Source: the human T2T-CHM13v2.0 reference genome, Homo sapiens. Taken from it: DNA of 64,000 nt. The notes beneath the pieces are model-generated. The model had not been told where the DNA came from. It did no database searches and was given only the letters and a program-made list of their open reading frames with translations. Made by a program: the position numbers and the translations under genes. Each line of letters begins with the position of its first letter. The stretch's first letter is position 1. The stretch spans positions 5,376,001 to 5,440,000 of the forward strand of contig CP086569.2 in the NCBI GenBank assembly GCA_009914755.4. Reading direction: 5' to 3'. This document shows positions 1 to 13,452 of this stretch, one piece after another.

Positions 1-1240
1 TTTTATACTTTCAGGTGATTACTTAAGGCTTATTATCTTTCTTTTCTTTCTGACTGAAATATTTCCTGTAACATTTCTTGCAGGGCAGTTCTGGTATTTA
101 TTATATTCTTTAGCTTTTGTTTTGTTTTCTTTGGATGATGTTGGTCTCATAGAATTAGTTGGGGAGTTGTCCCTCCTTTTCCATGGTTTGGAATAGTTTC
201 AGAAAAAGTAGTAGCAGTTCTCCTTTGTACCTCTGGTAGAATTCAGCTGTAAATCCATCTGCTCCTAGACTTTTTTTGGTTGGTAGGTTATTTATTACTT
301 TCTCAATTTTAGAACTCATTATTGGTCCATTCAGAGATTCAACTTTTTTCTGGTTCAGGCTTGGGAGGGTGCATGTGTCCAGAAATTTATCAGTTTCTTC
401 TAGATTTTTCTAGTTTATGTGCATAGAGGTGTTTATAGTATTCTCTGATGGTTGTTTGTATTTCTGTGGAGTCAGTGGTGGTATCCCCCTTATCATTTCT
501 GAATATGTTCATTTGAATATTCTATTTTCTTCTTTATTATTCTAGCTAGTGGTTTCTCTATTTTATTAACTTTTTTCAAAAAACCAGCTCCAAGATTAGT
601 TGAGTTTTTGAAGAGATTTTTTTTTCTATCTTTTTCAGGTCCACTCTGATCTTAGTTATTTCTTGTCTTCTGCTAACTTTGGGGTTTGTTTGCTTTTGGT
701 TCTCTAGTTCTTTCAGTTGTGATATTAGAATGTCAGCTTGAGATCTTTCTAGCTTTTCAATGTGGGCATTTAGTGCTGTGAAATGTTCTCTTAACATTGC
801 TTTACCTATGTCCCAGGGATTCTGGTACATTATCTTTGTTCTCATTAGTTTCAAATAACTTAATTTCTGTCTTAATCTTCTTATTTACCCAGGAGTCATT
901 CAAAAGCAGGTTGTTCAATTTCCATGTAGTTGTATAGTTTTGAGTGAGTTTCTTAATTTTGAGTTCTAATTTGATTGTGCTGTGGTCTGAGAGATTGTTT
1001 ATTATAATTTCAGTTCCTTTGTACTTGCTGAGGAGTATTTTACTTCCAATTATGTGATCAGTTTTATAGTAAGTGCCATGTGGCAAAGAATGTATATTCT
1101 GTTGTTTTTGGGTAAAGAGCTCTGTAGATATTTATCAGGTCCACTTGATCCGGAGCTGAGATCAAGCCCTGAAAATTTTTGTTAATATTCTGTCTCAAGG
1201 ATTGATCTAATATTGTCAGTGGGGTGTTAAAGTCTCCCAC

Positions 1241-1474
1241 TAGAGTTGAACAATGAGAACACATGGACACAGGGAGGGGAACATCACACACTGAGGTCTA
1301 TTGGGGGATGGGGGGCTAGGGGAGGGATAGCATTAGGAGAAATACCTAATGGAGATGATGAGTTGATGGGTGCAGCAAACCACCAAGACACGTGTATACC
1401 TATGTAACAAACCTGCACGTTCTGCACATGTATCTCAGAACTTAATGTATAATAAAAATAAATAAATAGATCTC
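1241..1474 (+). mobile_element. severely 5'-truncated L1PA 3'-end fragment (plus strand) nested inside the minus-strand L1 ORF2
   Basis: 'ttgaacaatgagaacacatggacacagg...gggagggatagcattaggagaaatacctaatg...gtaacaaacctgcacgt...' ending in the A-rich tail 'ataaaaataaataaatag'. The host ORF2 codons are contiguous across the insert ('DSHTIIV|GDFNTPL'). Flanks carry a ~13-bp imperfect target-site duplication (agtctcccacta / agatctctcacta). Confidence 0.85.
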
Positions 1475-2281
1475 TCACTATTATTGTGTGGGAGTCAAAG
1501 TCTCTTTGGAGGTCTCTAAGAATTTGTTTTATGAATCTGGGTGCTCTTGGATAACTAGCTCTTCTTGTTGATTTGAAGCCTTTACCATTAGTAATGCCCT
1601 TCTTTGTCTTTTTTGATTACTGTTTGTTTAAATAATCTTTTTTTCAGAAACTAGGATTGCAACCCCTGCTTTTTTCTGCTTTCTATTTGCTTGGTAATTT
1701 TTTCTCTATCCCTTTATTTTGAGCCTATGTGTGTCTTTGCATGTGAGATGGTTCTCTTGAATACACCACTCTGGTGGGTCTTGACTCTATCCACCTTGCC
1801 ATTTTGTGTCTTTTAATTGGGGGATTTAGCCCATTTACATTTAAGTTTAATATGGTTATGTATGAATTGGATCCTGTCATCATGATGCTAGCTAGTTATT
1901 TTATAGACTTGTTAATGTAGTTGCTTCATAGTTTCATTGGTCTGTGTACTTCAGTGTGTTTTTGTAGTGGATCATAATGGTGCTTCCTTTCCATATTTAG
2001 TGCTTCTTTCAGTAGCTCTTTCAAAGGAGACCTAATGGTGATGAATTCCCTCAGCAATTGCATGTCTGAAAAGTATTTTATTTCTCCTTCACTTATGAAG
2101 CTTAGTTAGGCCAGATAAGAAATTCCGGGTTGGCAATTCTTTCTTTAAGAATGTTGAATATTGGCTCCCAATCTTTTCTGGCTTGTAGAGTTATCACTGA
2201 GAGGTCCTCTGCTAGTCTGATGGTCTTCCCTTTATAGGTGACCTGGCCTTTCTCATGGGCTGTCCTTAATATTTTTTTCCT

Positions 2282-3164
2282 TCACTTCCACCTTGGGGAA
2301 CTGATGATTATGTGTCTTGGGTTTGATCTTCTCATGGAGTATCTTACTGGGGTTCTCCAGATTTCCTGAATTTGAATGCTGGCCTGTCTTGCTAGGTTGG
2401 GGAAGTTCTTCTGGATGATATCTTGAAGTATGTTTTTCAACTTGATTCCATTTCCCTCCTCTCTTTCAGGCACCCCAATCAGTTTTAGGTTTGGTCTTTT
2501 TACATAATTTGATAGTTCTCAGAGGTTTTATTCATTCCTTTTTATTCTTTATTTCTCTAATCTTGTCTGCCTGTCTAATTTTGGCAAGATAATCTTCAAA
2601 CTCTGTATCTTTTCTTCTGTTTGGTCTATCCAGCTATTGCTACTTGTGGTTGAATTGTGACGTTCTTGTGTTTTTCAGCTCCATCGGGTCATTTGTTTTT
2701 CTCTCTAAACTGGTTATTCTGCATAACAGCTCCTGGAATGTTTTATCATGGTTCTTAGCTTCTTTGCATTGGGTTGGAACATACGTCTTTAGCTCAGCAA
2801 ATTTCATTATTACCTACCTTCTGAAACCTACTTCTGTCAGTTCAGCCATCTCAGCCTCAGTCCAGTTCTGAGTGCTTGCTAAAGAGATGTTGTGATAATT
2901 TGGAGAGGAGGCACTGTGGCTTTTTGAGTTTTCAGCATTTTTGCATTGATTCTTTCTCATCTCCATGAGCTTATCTACCTTGGATCTTAGAGGCTGCTGA
3001 ACTTTGGATGGAGTTTTTGTGGGGTCTTTTGTTGATGTTGCTGCTTTCTGTTTGCTTGCTTTTCTTTTAACAGTCAAGCTCCTCTTCTGTAGGGCTGTTG
3101 CGATTGCTGGGGGTCCACTCCAGACCCTATTCACCTGGGACACTCCCACACCTGGAGGTGTCAC
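2282..3164 (-). pseudogene. decayed L1 ORF1 (RNA-binding protein) reading frame
   Basis: Two minus-strand ORFs with clear ORF1p motifs, separated by frameshifts. Confidence 0.8.
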
Positions 3165-4174
3165 CAGTGGAGGCTGCAGAACAGCAAAGATGGCTGCCTG
3201 CTCCTTCCTCTGGGAGCTTTGTCCCAGAGGGGCACTGAACTTATGCCAGCTGGAATGCTCCTATATAAGGTGTCTGGTAACCCCTGTTGGAGCATCTCAT
3301 ACAGTCAAAGGGCATGAGATCAGGGACCCACTCAACAAAGTACCCTGGATGCCCCTTGGCCGAGTAGGTGTTCTACACTGGGGAGGATCCCCCTCATCTG
3401 GACTGCCTGGACTTCTCAGAGCCAGCAGGCAGGAAAAACTAAGTCTGCTGATCCATGGAGACTGTGGCTGCCCATCTCATCAGGGGCTCTGTCTCAGGGA
3501 TATCAGAGTTCTATCTGTAAACTGGCTGGAGGTGCTGAAATTTCGACAAGGAGGCCCGACTCAGTGAAGAGGGATGGATCCTAGTCCCATCTAAAGAAGT
3601 AGTCAGGCCATGATCTGCCACAGCCACTGTGCGGTGCTGTGGGGAATTTCTTCCGGTCCAAGCAGCCCAGTCTCCCTCTCACTGGCAGGGAAAAAAAAGC
3701 CTACTGAAGCTGCAGTGTTGGTGGTTGGCCCTCCCCCTGGGATCTCAGTCATTTAGGCACTCTCCAACCTGCTGCCACTGGCCACAACCCAAGTGGCTGC
3801 CGAGAGTCTGCACAGCTCTGTGCTTGGGACCCAAGTCCTTGGTAGCCTGGGCTCATGAAGGGATCTCCTGATCAGCAGGTTGCATAGATCCATGGAAAAA
3901 GTATGATTTCCCGAGTTTGGTAACACAATCACTCACTGCCTCTCTTGGGTGGAGGTGGGAGCTCCCCTTGCCCCGTGTGGCTCCTGGGTGGGCCATTGCT
4001 CAACCCTGCTTTTCCTCACTCTCTGTGGGTCATGCCAACAACCTAGTCAGTCCCAGTGAGAGAACCTGGATACTTCAGTTGAAGGTGCAGGATTCACTCA
4101 CTGAGTTCATTTTTCTTGGTGAGAGCTGCTGACCACCATTTCTTCTAATCAGCAATCTTGACTTCTCCTCCATA

Positions 4175-4374
4175 GTAGGATTTTTTAACATGTTTCATTT
4201 TGCAATTGATAGAATAAATAGAGAAAAAAAATCTGTAAGAAATAGTGGGTCTAAACAATACCAACAAACACATTGACCTACTTGGATACTTATACATAGA
4301 CAAACACTATATCCCAAAACTATAGAATATGCACCTTTTTTTAAGTGCACATGGTACATTAACCAAGGTAGACC
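4175..4374 (+). mobile_element. old L1 (L1M-type) ORF2 endonuclease-domain fragment, left part, split by THE1
   Basis: Plus-strand translation '...NNTNKHIDLLGYLYIDKHYIPKL.NMHLFLSAHGTLTKVDH...' matches the L1 ORF2 'DLIDIYRTLHP..EYTFFSSAHGTF.KIDH' region. Confidence 0.7.
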
Positions 4375-4737
4375 ATTGATATGTTCTGTCTGTGTCCCCA
4401 CCCAAATCTTATCTTGAATTGTAGCTCCCATAATTCCCACATGTTGTGGGAGTGACCCAGTGTAGGATAATTGAGTAACGGGGATAGTTTTTGCCCATAC
4501 TGCTCTCATGCTAGTGAATAAGTCTCATGAGATCTGATGGTTTTATAAGGGGAAAGCTCTTTCCCTTGGCCCTCATTCTCTCTTGCCTATTGCCATGTAA
4601 AACATGCCTTTTGCTTCCACCATGATTGTGAGGCCTCCCCAGCCACGTGAACTGTGAGTCCATTAAACCTCTTTTTCTTTATAAATTACGCAGTCTTGGG
4701 CATGTCTTTATCAGCAGTGTGAAAACGAACTAATACA
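4375..4737 (+). repeat. THE1 5' LTR (copy 1)
   Basis: Matches the THE1B-type LTR consensus from 'tgatatgg..tgtgtcccc' to '...gaactaataca'. Confidence 0.85.
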
Positions 4738-6017
4738 GTAAATTGGTACTGAGAGTGGGGTGCTGCTGTAAAAATGCTTGCAAATGTGGGACATGACTTT
4801 GGTATTAAGTAACAGGCAGAGATTGGAACAGTTTGGAGGGCTCTGAAGCAGATAGAAAAATGTGGGAATGTTTAGAACTTCCTAGAGACCTAATGAATGG
4901 CTTCTAACAAAATGCTGACAGTAATATGGACAATAAAGTCCAGGCTCAGGTGGTCTCAGATGGAGATGAGGAACTTGTTGAACACTGGAGTAAAGGTGAC
5001 TCTTGCTATGTTTTAGCAAAGAGACTGGTGGCATTTTGCCCCTGCCCTAGAGATTTGTGTAACTTTGAAATTGAGGGAGATAATTTAGGGTATCTGGCAG
5101 AAGAAATTTCTAAGCAGCAAAGCATTCAAAAGGTGACTTCAGTGCTGTTAAAAACATTCAGTTTTAAAAGGGAAACAGAGAATAAAAGTTCAGAAAATTT
5201 GCAGCCTGATGATTGATAGAAAAGAAAAATCCATTTTCTGAGGAGAAATTCAAGCCGGCTTCAGAAATCTGCATAAGTAACCAGGAGCCAAATGTTAATC
5301 CCCAAGACAACAGGGAAAATGTCTCCAAAGCATTTCAGAGACATTTGATCACAGACCTAAAGGCCTAGAAAAAAAAAATAGGTTTGTGGTCCCGGCCCAG
5401 GGTCCCCCTGTTATGCACAGGCTAGGGACTTGGTTCTCTGTGTCCCGGCTGCTCTAGCCATCCCTAAAAGGGACCAAGATACAGCTTTGGCCATGGCTTC
5501 AGAAGATGCAAGCCCCAAGCCTTGGCAGCTTCCACGTGGTGTTGAGCCTGTGAGTGCACAGAAGTCAAGAATTGAGGTTTTGGAACCTCCACCTAGATTT
5601 CAGAGTGTGTATGGAAATGCCTAGATGTCCAGGTAGAAGTTTGCTTCAGGAGCAGGGTCCTCATTGAGAACTTCTGCTAGAGCAGTGCAGAAAGAAAATG
5701 TGGGGTTGAAGCCCCCACACAAAGTCCCCACTGAGGCAGTGCCTAGTGGAACTATAAGAAGAGGATCACCATCCTCCAGGCCCCATAATAGTACATCCAC
5801 CAATAGCTTGCACCATGCACTGGGAAAAGCCACAGACACTCAACACCAGCCCATGAAAGCATCCAGGAGGGAGGCTGTACCCTGCAAAGCCACAGGGGTG
5901 GAGCTGACCAAGACTATGGGAACTCACCTCTTGCATTAGCGTGACCTGGATGTGAGACATGGAGTCAAAGGAGATCATTTTGATGCTTTAAGATTTCACT
6001 GCCCCACTGGATTCTAG

Positions 6018-6488
<471 letters not shown>

Positions 6489-6606
6489 TTGGACTGTGGA
6501 CTTTTAAGTTAATGCTAAAATGAGTTAAGACTTTGGGGAACTGTTGGGAAGGCATGATTGGTTTTGAAATGTGAAGACATGAAATTTGGGAGGGGCAGGG
6601 GAGAAA

Positions 6607-6967
6607 CGATATGGTTTGGCTCTGTGTTCCCACCAAATCTCATCTTGAATTGTAGCTCCCATAATTCCCACGTTATGGGAGGGACTCAGTTGGAGACAAT
6701 TGAATCATGGTGGCAGTTTCCCCCATACTATTCTCATGGTAGTGAATAAGTCTCACAAGATCTGATGGTTTTAAAAGGGGAAACCTCTTTTGCTTGGCCT
6801 TCATTCTCTCTTGCCTGCTTCAGTGTAAGATTTGCCTTTCACTTTTTGCCATGATTGTGAGGCCTCCTCAGCCACGTGGAACTGTAAGTTTATTAAACCT
6901 CTTTTTCTTTATAAATTACTGAGTCTTGGGTATGTCTTTATCAGCAGCATGAAAATGCACTATTACA
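6607..6967 (+). repeat. THE1 3' LTR (copy 1)
   Basis: 'cgatatggtttggctctgtgttcccaccaaatctcatcttgaattgtagctcccataattcccacg...gcatgaaaatgcactattaca'. Confidence 0.85.
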
Positions 6968-7865
6968 ACTATTTTCTAGGTTATTAAAAAACTTATTGAA
7001 TTCAAATGAATTGAAAGCACACAGAATATGTTTATTTATGTTAATGGAATTAAAATATAAATAATAAGCTGTCTTGGAAAAATCACAATATTTGGAAATT
7101 AAACAATATACTTTGATGAGACAATGATGAAATAAAAAAGTAAGAAAATATTTTAAATGGAATTGTAATAAAAATAAAATATATCAAAATTTATGGGATG
7201 CAACTAACTAAAACCGTGTCCAGAGTAAATATTAAAACTTTAAATAATTATATTAGTGATGAGGGGAAATCTAAAATTAGTGTTGTAAGATTTTACATTA
7301 AGAAGCTGGAAAAATAAGTGCAAAATAAACCCAAAGCAAGGATAAAGAAATTATGAATTTCTCAACAATATAGAAAACAAATATTTGAGAAAATTAACAA
7401 GCCAAATGTTCATCTTTTGAAATATTTAATAAAATTTGATATACCCTCAGCTAGACTGATCAAAAAATATATGAAAGCAAAAATCACCATTATCAGTAAT
7501 AAAAGACAGTATCTTCTCAGATCCTACAGATGGTGAAAAGATCATCAGAAAATAATTATGAACAACTTTTTCCCAAAGAAATTAAACAATTTAGAAGAGA
7601 TAGACAAATTTATTGAAAGGCAGGAGCTACCAAATCTCTCTCAAAAGGAAGATACATAATCGAAATAGTTCTGTGTTTATTAAAGGGATTAACTTTGTTG
7701 TTAAAAATATTCCCCTAAAGAAAACTCCAGTTCTAGATGGCTTCTCAGGTGAAGTTTGGCAAATATTTATGAAAGAAAGGATAACAATTCTACATAAGTT
7801 GTTTTCAAAAAATACAAGTGGAAAGTAATCATGACAACTCATTTTTAAGGCCAGCATTATTCTCT
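6968..7865 (+). mobile_element. old L1 (L1M-type) ORF2 fragment, right part (continues 4175-4374 across the THE1 insertion)
   Basis: Plus-strand translation '...FEKINKPNVHLLKYLIKFDIPSARLIKKYMKAKITIISNKRQ...NNLEEIDKFIERQELPNL...SPKENSSSRWLLR.SLANIYERKDNNSTQVVFKKY' matches the L1 ORF2 '[24 protein letters not shown]...ENLEEMDKFLDTYTLPRL...KSPGPDGFT.EFYQ.FKEEL.PIL.KLF' region. Confidence 0.8.
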
Positions 7866-8410
<545 letters not shown>

Positions 8411-8437
8411 CTTTCCAAATTCAAAAGCCAAATGTAA

Positions 8438-8752
<315 letters not shown>

Positions 8753-10060
8753 AAATAGTGCTTTCTGAAGAATACTTTGAATCACTAAACCCAAAGCATG
8801 AGAACATTTTGCATCAAATGTGATATCAAAATTGAGTGCATTATTTCAATAATACCCATAATATCATAAAATATAAAATGATGAATTAAAAGTTTGGCTT
8901 TTCTGTACATTGTATTTTAACTTTGGATAGCTTTGGGTGTTTAAAAATACTTTACAGTTACATGATAAAGAATAGTATGTAACATAATATTCAATAATAT
9001 TATTCATGGGTTATTTTTAGTTGCTAAGGTAATTCAGAGGCTTTTAAAAAATAACAGGACTTAATTGCAATATTCATCAAATACTACTTCTAAAGAAGAA
9101 AAATAGACTTTCTACTGCCTATTGCTGACTGAACCAGTGTAAGGTGGTCATTACACTCATTTTACTGATGTGGCAATAAACTGATAATACAAAAAAATGC
9201 TACACTTACTGGTTAATTAGAAATCCTACAGCAAATTAAAGTCACTTGTCATTGTTTAATGGTTGTTGATATCATGAGCTCTGTATTGCTGTACAGGCAG
9301 CATTTTAAAAAACAAAGAATATTTTTGTGCCACTGAGGACAGTTTGTTTCATTGACCGAGAATTGTGTTTTTTTCAACATTTTATTCTAATTGCAATCCT
9401 AGATTAGTAATAACAATTTGTTTAAACCTGATCTTTGTTAAACTAGGTAACCTATTTAATTTAGACTTCAAATCATATAAGAGTAAGACTATGGAAACTT
9501 GAATAATTTAACCTAAAATACAATTATGGAACTATGGATTGATTAATGGTCTGGTGTAGAATAAACATACTTTATTAACATAAAGTATAGCTGTATTTAT
9601 ACCTATAAAGTAGCAACATTTAATGATACTTTCTTAGAAAGTCCCCACACTCACCAAGTTCTTGTCTGCCTACCTATGTAGGTTCCAAATTACTAACTTG
9701 GTGATGATCGCTTAATTAAATTGGTGTCCAGCAAATTCCAGTAGATATTGTAGAAATATTAGGTGAAAATGGGATTACTCATCTTATGGTATTTTTTCCT
9801 AGTGTATCCTTTGGCTGCTCTGGTTAGTTCACATGAATAGATGGAAGTTATCAGTCTTCACAGATTATTCCCAACAAGACAGAAGTTAGTCACACAAGTC
9901 TCTAATAAAAAGTTAAAATCTTGATTGAATATTTCAAATAACTCAGCTATGCATTTGTACCACATTTAACTAAACACTGATGTGTCAGACCATTAGATGA
10001 GTCATATATTTCTCATTTATTGTTTTGAAAAGACCAAATTATGAACTCTACACAGAAGCC

Positions 10061-10079
10061 TTTTTTTTTTTTTTTTTTT
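10061..10079. repeat. poly(T) homopolymer, 19 nt
   Basis: Uninterrupted T run between 'gaagcc' and 'ggctgaaatt'. Confidence 0.95.
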
Positions 10080-11441
10080 GGCTGAAATTAGCATATCAGT
10101 TACAACCTGATACAGCCCTAAAACACAATATTGACAGTCTTCATTGGGGCAATTGGGAAGCTGCTGAAAGTGCAAGAGATCAAAAAGAGAGATCAAAAGC
10201 AATTTTACAGCATCTTATTTCTTTTCATGAGAGTTCAGCTTAGAACATTAATCAAATAGTGTGTATAAGACCTTTATCATACGAAATTTGCTATCAGAGA
10301 TTAACAGATACATTAAATGGAACAGTTTGACTGGAAATATTTGTATAATGAACATTCAATTCTGCTTCGGCATGACATTAAGAAAAACGTCTTTAAAATA
10401 TATATTTACTCTCAAATTGATAGCGATTAGAAAATAATAAGGAGCATCAGCAGAGTGCATTTAATCATGTCTGTGAACCTGATATCTGAATTTTGAAAGA
10501 CTGGGATTTTCTCTATTACTTAAAACATATTCTACATCATCCAATTAAAAATGTGATTTAATAGATAGTTCTCAAAAGTAATCTAAAGGTTAAAAACATA
10601 TAAGCATTTAGAAAGTAGAAAAATATTTGTCCAAATGAATTTAATATCATAAGAGCAAATTTTCCTTCTGAGCCAAAACAGATGAATTATGCTCTGACAG
10701 TGATCTTTATTGAATTGTGCTAAAATATATTTCGATATACTGTAATTTTTTCTGACTTCTTCTCAGTAAATGCAGATGGCAACAGTTCACTTGTAAATGG
10801 TTTCGAAGAAGAGATATTGAAGTAATATTCTCTGAAATCTATTCTTTGCAGATAGCTATTTCTATTACTCTGCTGTATATTCCATCTTCTCAGTGTACTC
10901 CATTGATGTGTGTGTTGCCAGAATTTTTGTCCATCATTTAAATAGTAATTTCATTTCAAGTTTCCTTTTCATCATGATAAAATGATCAACTATATGACTG
11001 CATCACAATTTTCCTAGGGAAGCATTACTGTGATATTCACAGAGTAGTTTGCTACTGTGTGAGAGGCTAATATATTTCTCTAGGAAGAATATTCAATTCA
11101 TAAAAATTAAATGTTATTAATGAGTTACAGAAGCCCTCAGAGAATGTTGTTTAAAGTATAATTAAATTGAACCTCGCTAATTCACAATGCATGTTATTTT
11201 GAACCTGCATTGAGTTAATTTGTGATGGTCCCATACTTTCTTCTTGAAAAATAGTTTTTAAGATAATTAAATGGGGTTGGTATTTAAGAAAGACTGTACA
11301 GTGTACTAAAAAATATATATTTAAAATAATATTTTAGCAACATTCATTCACATCGAAATCCTGAAAATGTTTATTACACTTCTGTCCTTTGTGCATTGTT
11401 TAAAATTGATTTACTAGTGGTTGGTGGATTTTCATATACTT

Positions 11442-11519
11442 GTGTGTGTGTGTGTATATATATATATGGATGTACATATATATGTTTGTGTGTGTATATG
11501 TGTATATATATACATATAA
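11442..11519. repeat. compound (TG)n/(TA)n microsatellite
   Basis: 'tgtgtgtgtgtgtgtatatatatatatatggatgtacatatatatgtttgtgtgtgtatatgtgtatatatatacatata'. Confidence 0.95.
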
Positions 11520-11520
11520 T

Positions 11521-12760
11521 TTAACAAAGAGCTTGAAATAATTAAAAGGAATCAAGCAGAAATTTTGGAGTTGAAAAATACAATTGTCATACTAAGAAAG
11601 CATTAGTCTTTTAATAATAGAATTGATCAAACAGAAGAGAGAATTAGTGAGCCTGAAGACAGACTGTATGAAAATACACAGAGAAGAAAGAATAAAGAAT
11701 AAATAATAAAAAACAATAAAACACGCCTACAGGATTTAGAAAATAGCCTCAAAAGAGCACATGTAAGGGGTATTGGCCTTAAAGAAGAGGTAGAGAAAAT
11801 GAAGAGGGTAGAAAGTTTATTCAAGGGGATACTATTTAATAACAGAGAACTTCCCAAACTTAGAGAAATATATCAATATCCAAGTATAAGAAGGCTGTCG
11901 AACACCAAGCAGATTTAACACAAAGAAGACGACCTCAAGGCATTTAAGAATGAAATGTCCAGTGGTCAAGGACTAAAAAAAAGATCCTAAAAGCACCACA
12001 GGGAAAAAGAAAATACAATGGAGCTCAAACATCTAGAAGCAGACTTTTCAGTGAAAACCCTACAGGCCAGGATAGACTGGTAAGACAAATTTGAAGTGCT
12101 AACAGGAAAAAAAACAAAACAACCAACAACAACAACAAAGAAAACCCTTCTACCCTAGAAAAGTATGTCTGGTTAAAAATATTCTTCAAACATGAAGGAG
12201 AAATAAAGACTTTTATAAACAAACAGAAGCTGACATATTTCATTAACACCAGACCTCTCCTACAAAAAATGCTAGAGGGTGTACTTGAATCAGAAAGAAA
12301 ATGATATTAATAAGAAATCATTTGAAGGTACAAAACTGACTAGGAATAGTAAATGCACAAAAAACCGGAATATTATAACACTGTAACTGTGGTGTGTAAT
12401 CTACTTTTAAGTAGAAAGACAAAATGATAAACCTGTCAAAAATAATAATTTAGCAACTTTTCAAGACATAAACAGTACAATAACATATAAATATTAACAA
12501 CAAAAATTTGAAAAGCAGGGGACAAAGTTAAAGCATATAATCTTTATTAGTTTACTTTTTGCTTATTTGTTTATGCAAGTACTGTTAAGTTTTTACCACC
12601 TTAAAAAATGAGGTATAAGATAGTATTCGCAAGCCTCATGGTAATCTCAAACCAAAAAACATACAATGGATACACAAAAAATAGAAAGCAAAAAGCTAAA
12701 TCATATCATCAGGGAAAATCACCTTCATTAAAATGAATGAAGCTGCCTTTCTAAAAATTG
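11521..12760 (+). mobile_element. old L1 (L1M-type) fragment covering ORF1 and the start of ORF2
   Basis: Plus-strand translation contains ORF1-like stretches ('...ELEIIKRNQAEILELKNTI...RISEPEDRL...', '...KTLQARIDW.DKFEVL...') with many stops and frameshifts. Confidence 0.7.
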
Positions 12761-13099
12761 TTATCAGTGAGACAATTACAAAAGTGAACAAGATCTGAGC
12801 TAATCTACCCCCCCATCTTACCTTTCCCTTAATTATTCCTGGGCTATTAGTACAAGGTAACTTTGAGAGACATTTAGTCTGTTGTTTAAATGATAATAGG
12901 TCTTACCCAAAACTCAACAGGGCTTTTGTAAAGCTAATGGGAGGCCATCAGTCTAGGCTGAGGAGAGGAGCCGAGTCCTGCTGAGGCGCAGACATGAAAG
13001 ATTTTCGGCCATTAATCTAAAGATTATAAGATCTGCAGCTTCCCCAATTATTCCGCCGATAACACCACTATTGTAGATTGGCCTTTTAAGATATATTTT

Positions 13100-13432
13100 T
13101 CTTTTTTTTTTTTGCATATCTGACACCCATGGCTCCACCTGGACCAACCAACCCCACCCAATTCATCCTGCAAGAGGACAGCTATGACCCTCTATGATTT
13201 CGTTTCCACCCCAAGCAATCAGCAATGAGCACTCATTACCTGGCCACCCCCACCCCTTTCCCCAAAATGCCTTTGAAAAACACCTAACTGATGAGCTTTG
13301 GATGAGATGATTTGAGTATAAACTCTGACTCCCACATGGGGTGGCTGGCATCATGTCTATTAAACTCTTTCCTGCAATGGCATGGTCTTTCTTTATGCAG
13401 CAGGCAGGAAGAACCTCTTGGGAAGTTATAAA
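13100..13432 (+). repeat. putative ERV 5' LTR (U3-R-U5), boundaries uncertain
   Basis: '...caaccccacccaattcatcctgcaagaggac...cagcaatgagcactcattacc...tgagtataaactctgactcccacatgggg...tctattaaactctttcctgcaatggc...' ending 2 nt upstream of the PBS. Confidence 0.4.
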
Positions 13433-13434
13433 TT

Positions 13435-13452
13435 TGGGGGCTCATCTGGGAT
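13435..13452 (+). promoter_or_regulatory. retroviral primer-binding site complementary to the 3' end of tRNA-Pro
   Basis: 'TGGGGGCTCATCTGGGAT' matches the PBS-Pro consensus at 16 of 18 positions (two CpG transitions), preceded by 'TT' as in gamma-retroviruses. Confidence 0.6.

Larger units (their letters stand above)
1..4172 (-). mobile_element. LINE-1, L1PA-type (5'UTR + ORF1 + 5' half of ORF2); the 3' part runs off the window start
   Basis: Minus-strand translations match the L1 ORF2 endonuclease/N-terminal region (ORF 1064-1291 '...CSHCSTLVGDFNTPLTILDQS...[15 protein letters not shown]'; ORFs 802-1086 and 576-854 continue through '...KLNNLLLND...' and '...[17 protein letters not shown]...'). 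They also match ORF1 (ORF 2282-2473 'NFPNLARQASIQIQEIWRTPVRYS', ORF 2814-3164 N-terminus '...TEAEMAELTEVGFRR'). 3165-4172 is the GC-rich L1PA-style 5'UTR read in antisense. All frames are interrupted. Confidence 0.9.

Noticed and set aside
3004-4132. Plus-strand ORFs (3004-3567 187 aa; 3629-3871; 3917-4132) lying antisense over the L1 ORF1 start and 5'UTR, the location of the primate L1 antisense ORF0
   Set aside because: I cannot recall the ORF0 peptide well enough to match it. This L1 is an old, mutated copy and the long frame starts with a non-AUG codon. Most likely a chance open frame in GC-rich antisense 5'UTR.
4926-5216. 96-aa ORF 'MDNKVQAQVVSDGDEELVEHWSKGDSCYVLAKRLVAFCPCP...' and its paralogs at 22856-23077 and 60869-61216
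   Set aside because: It recurs because it is part of the THE1 internal consensus present in all three THE1 copies. It has no independent start or stop conservation and is not a host gene.
12766-13112. CpG-retaining ~330-bp segment (cggcgg, gcgcc, ctcgg, ttcggcc) ending in a T15 run, upstream of the putative ERV LTR; considered as a small CpG island or a retroposed fragment
   Set aside because: It has only ~5 CpGs in 330 bp with no matching poly(A) orientation for a retrocopy, and it could simply be the U3 of the ERV LTR. Unclassified, left as a note under the ERV finding.
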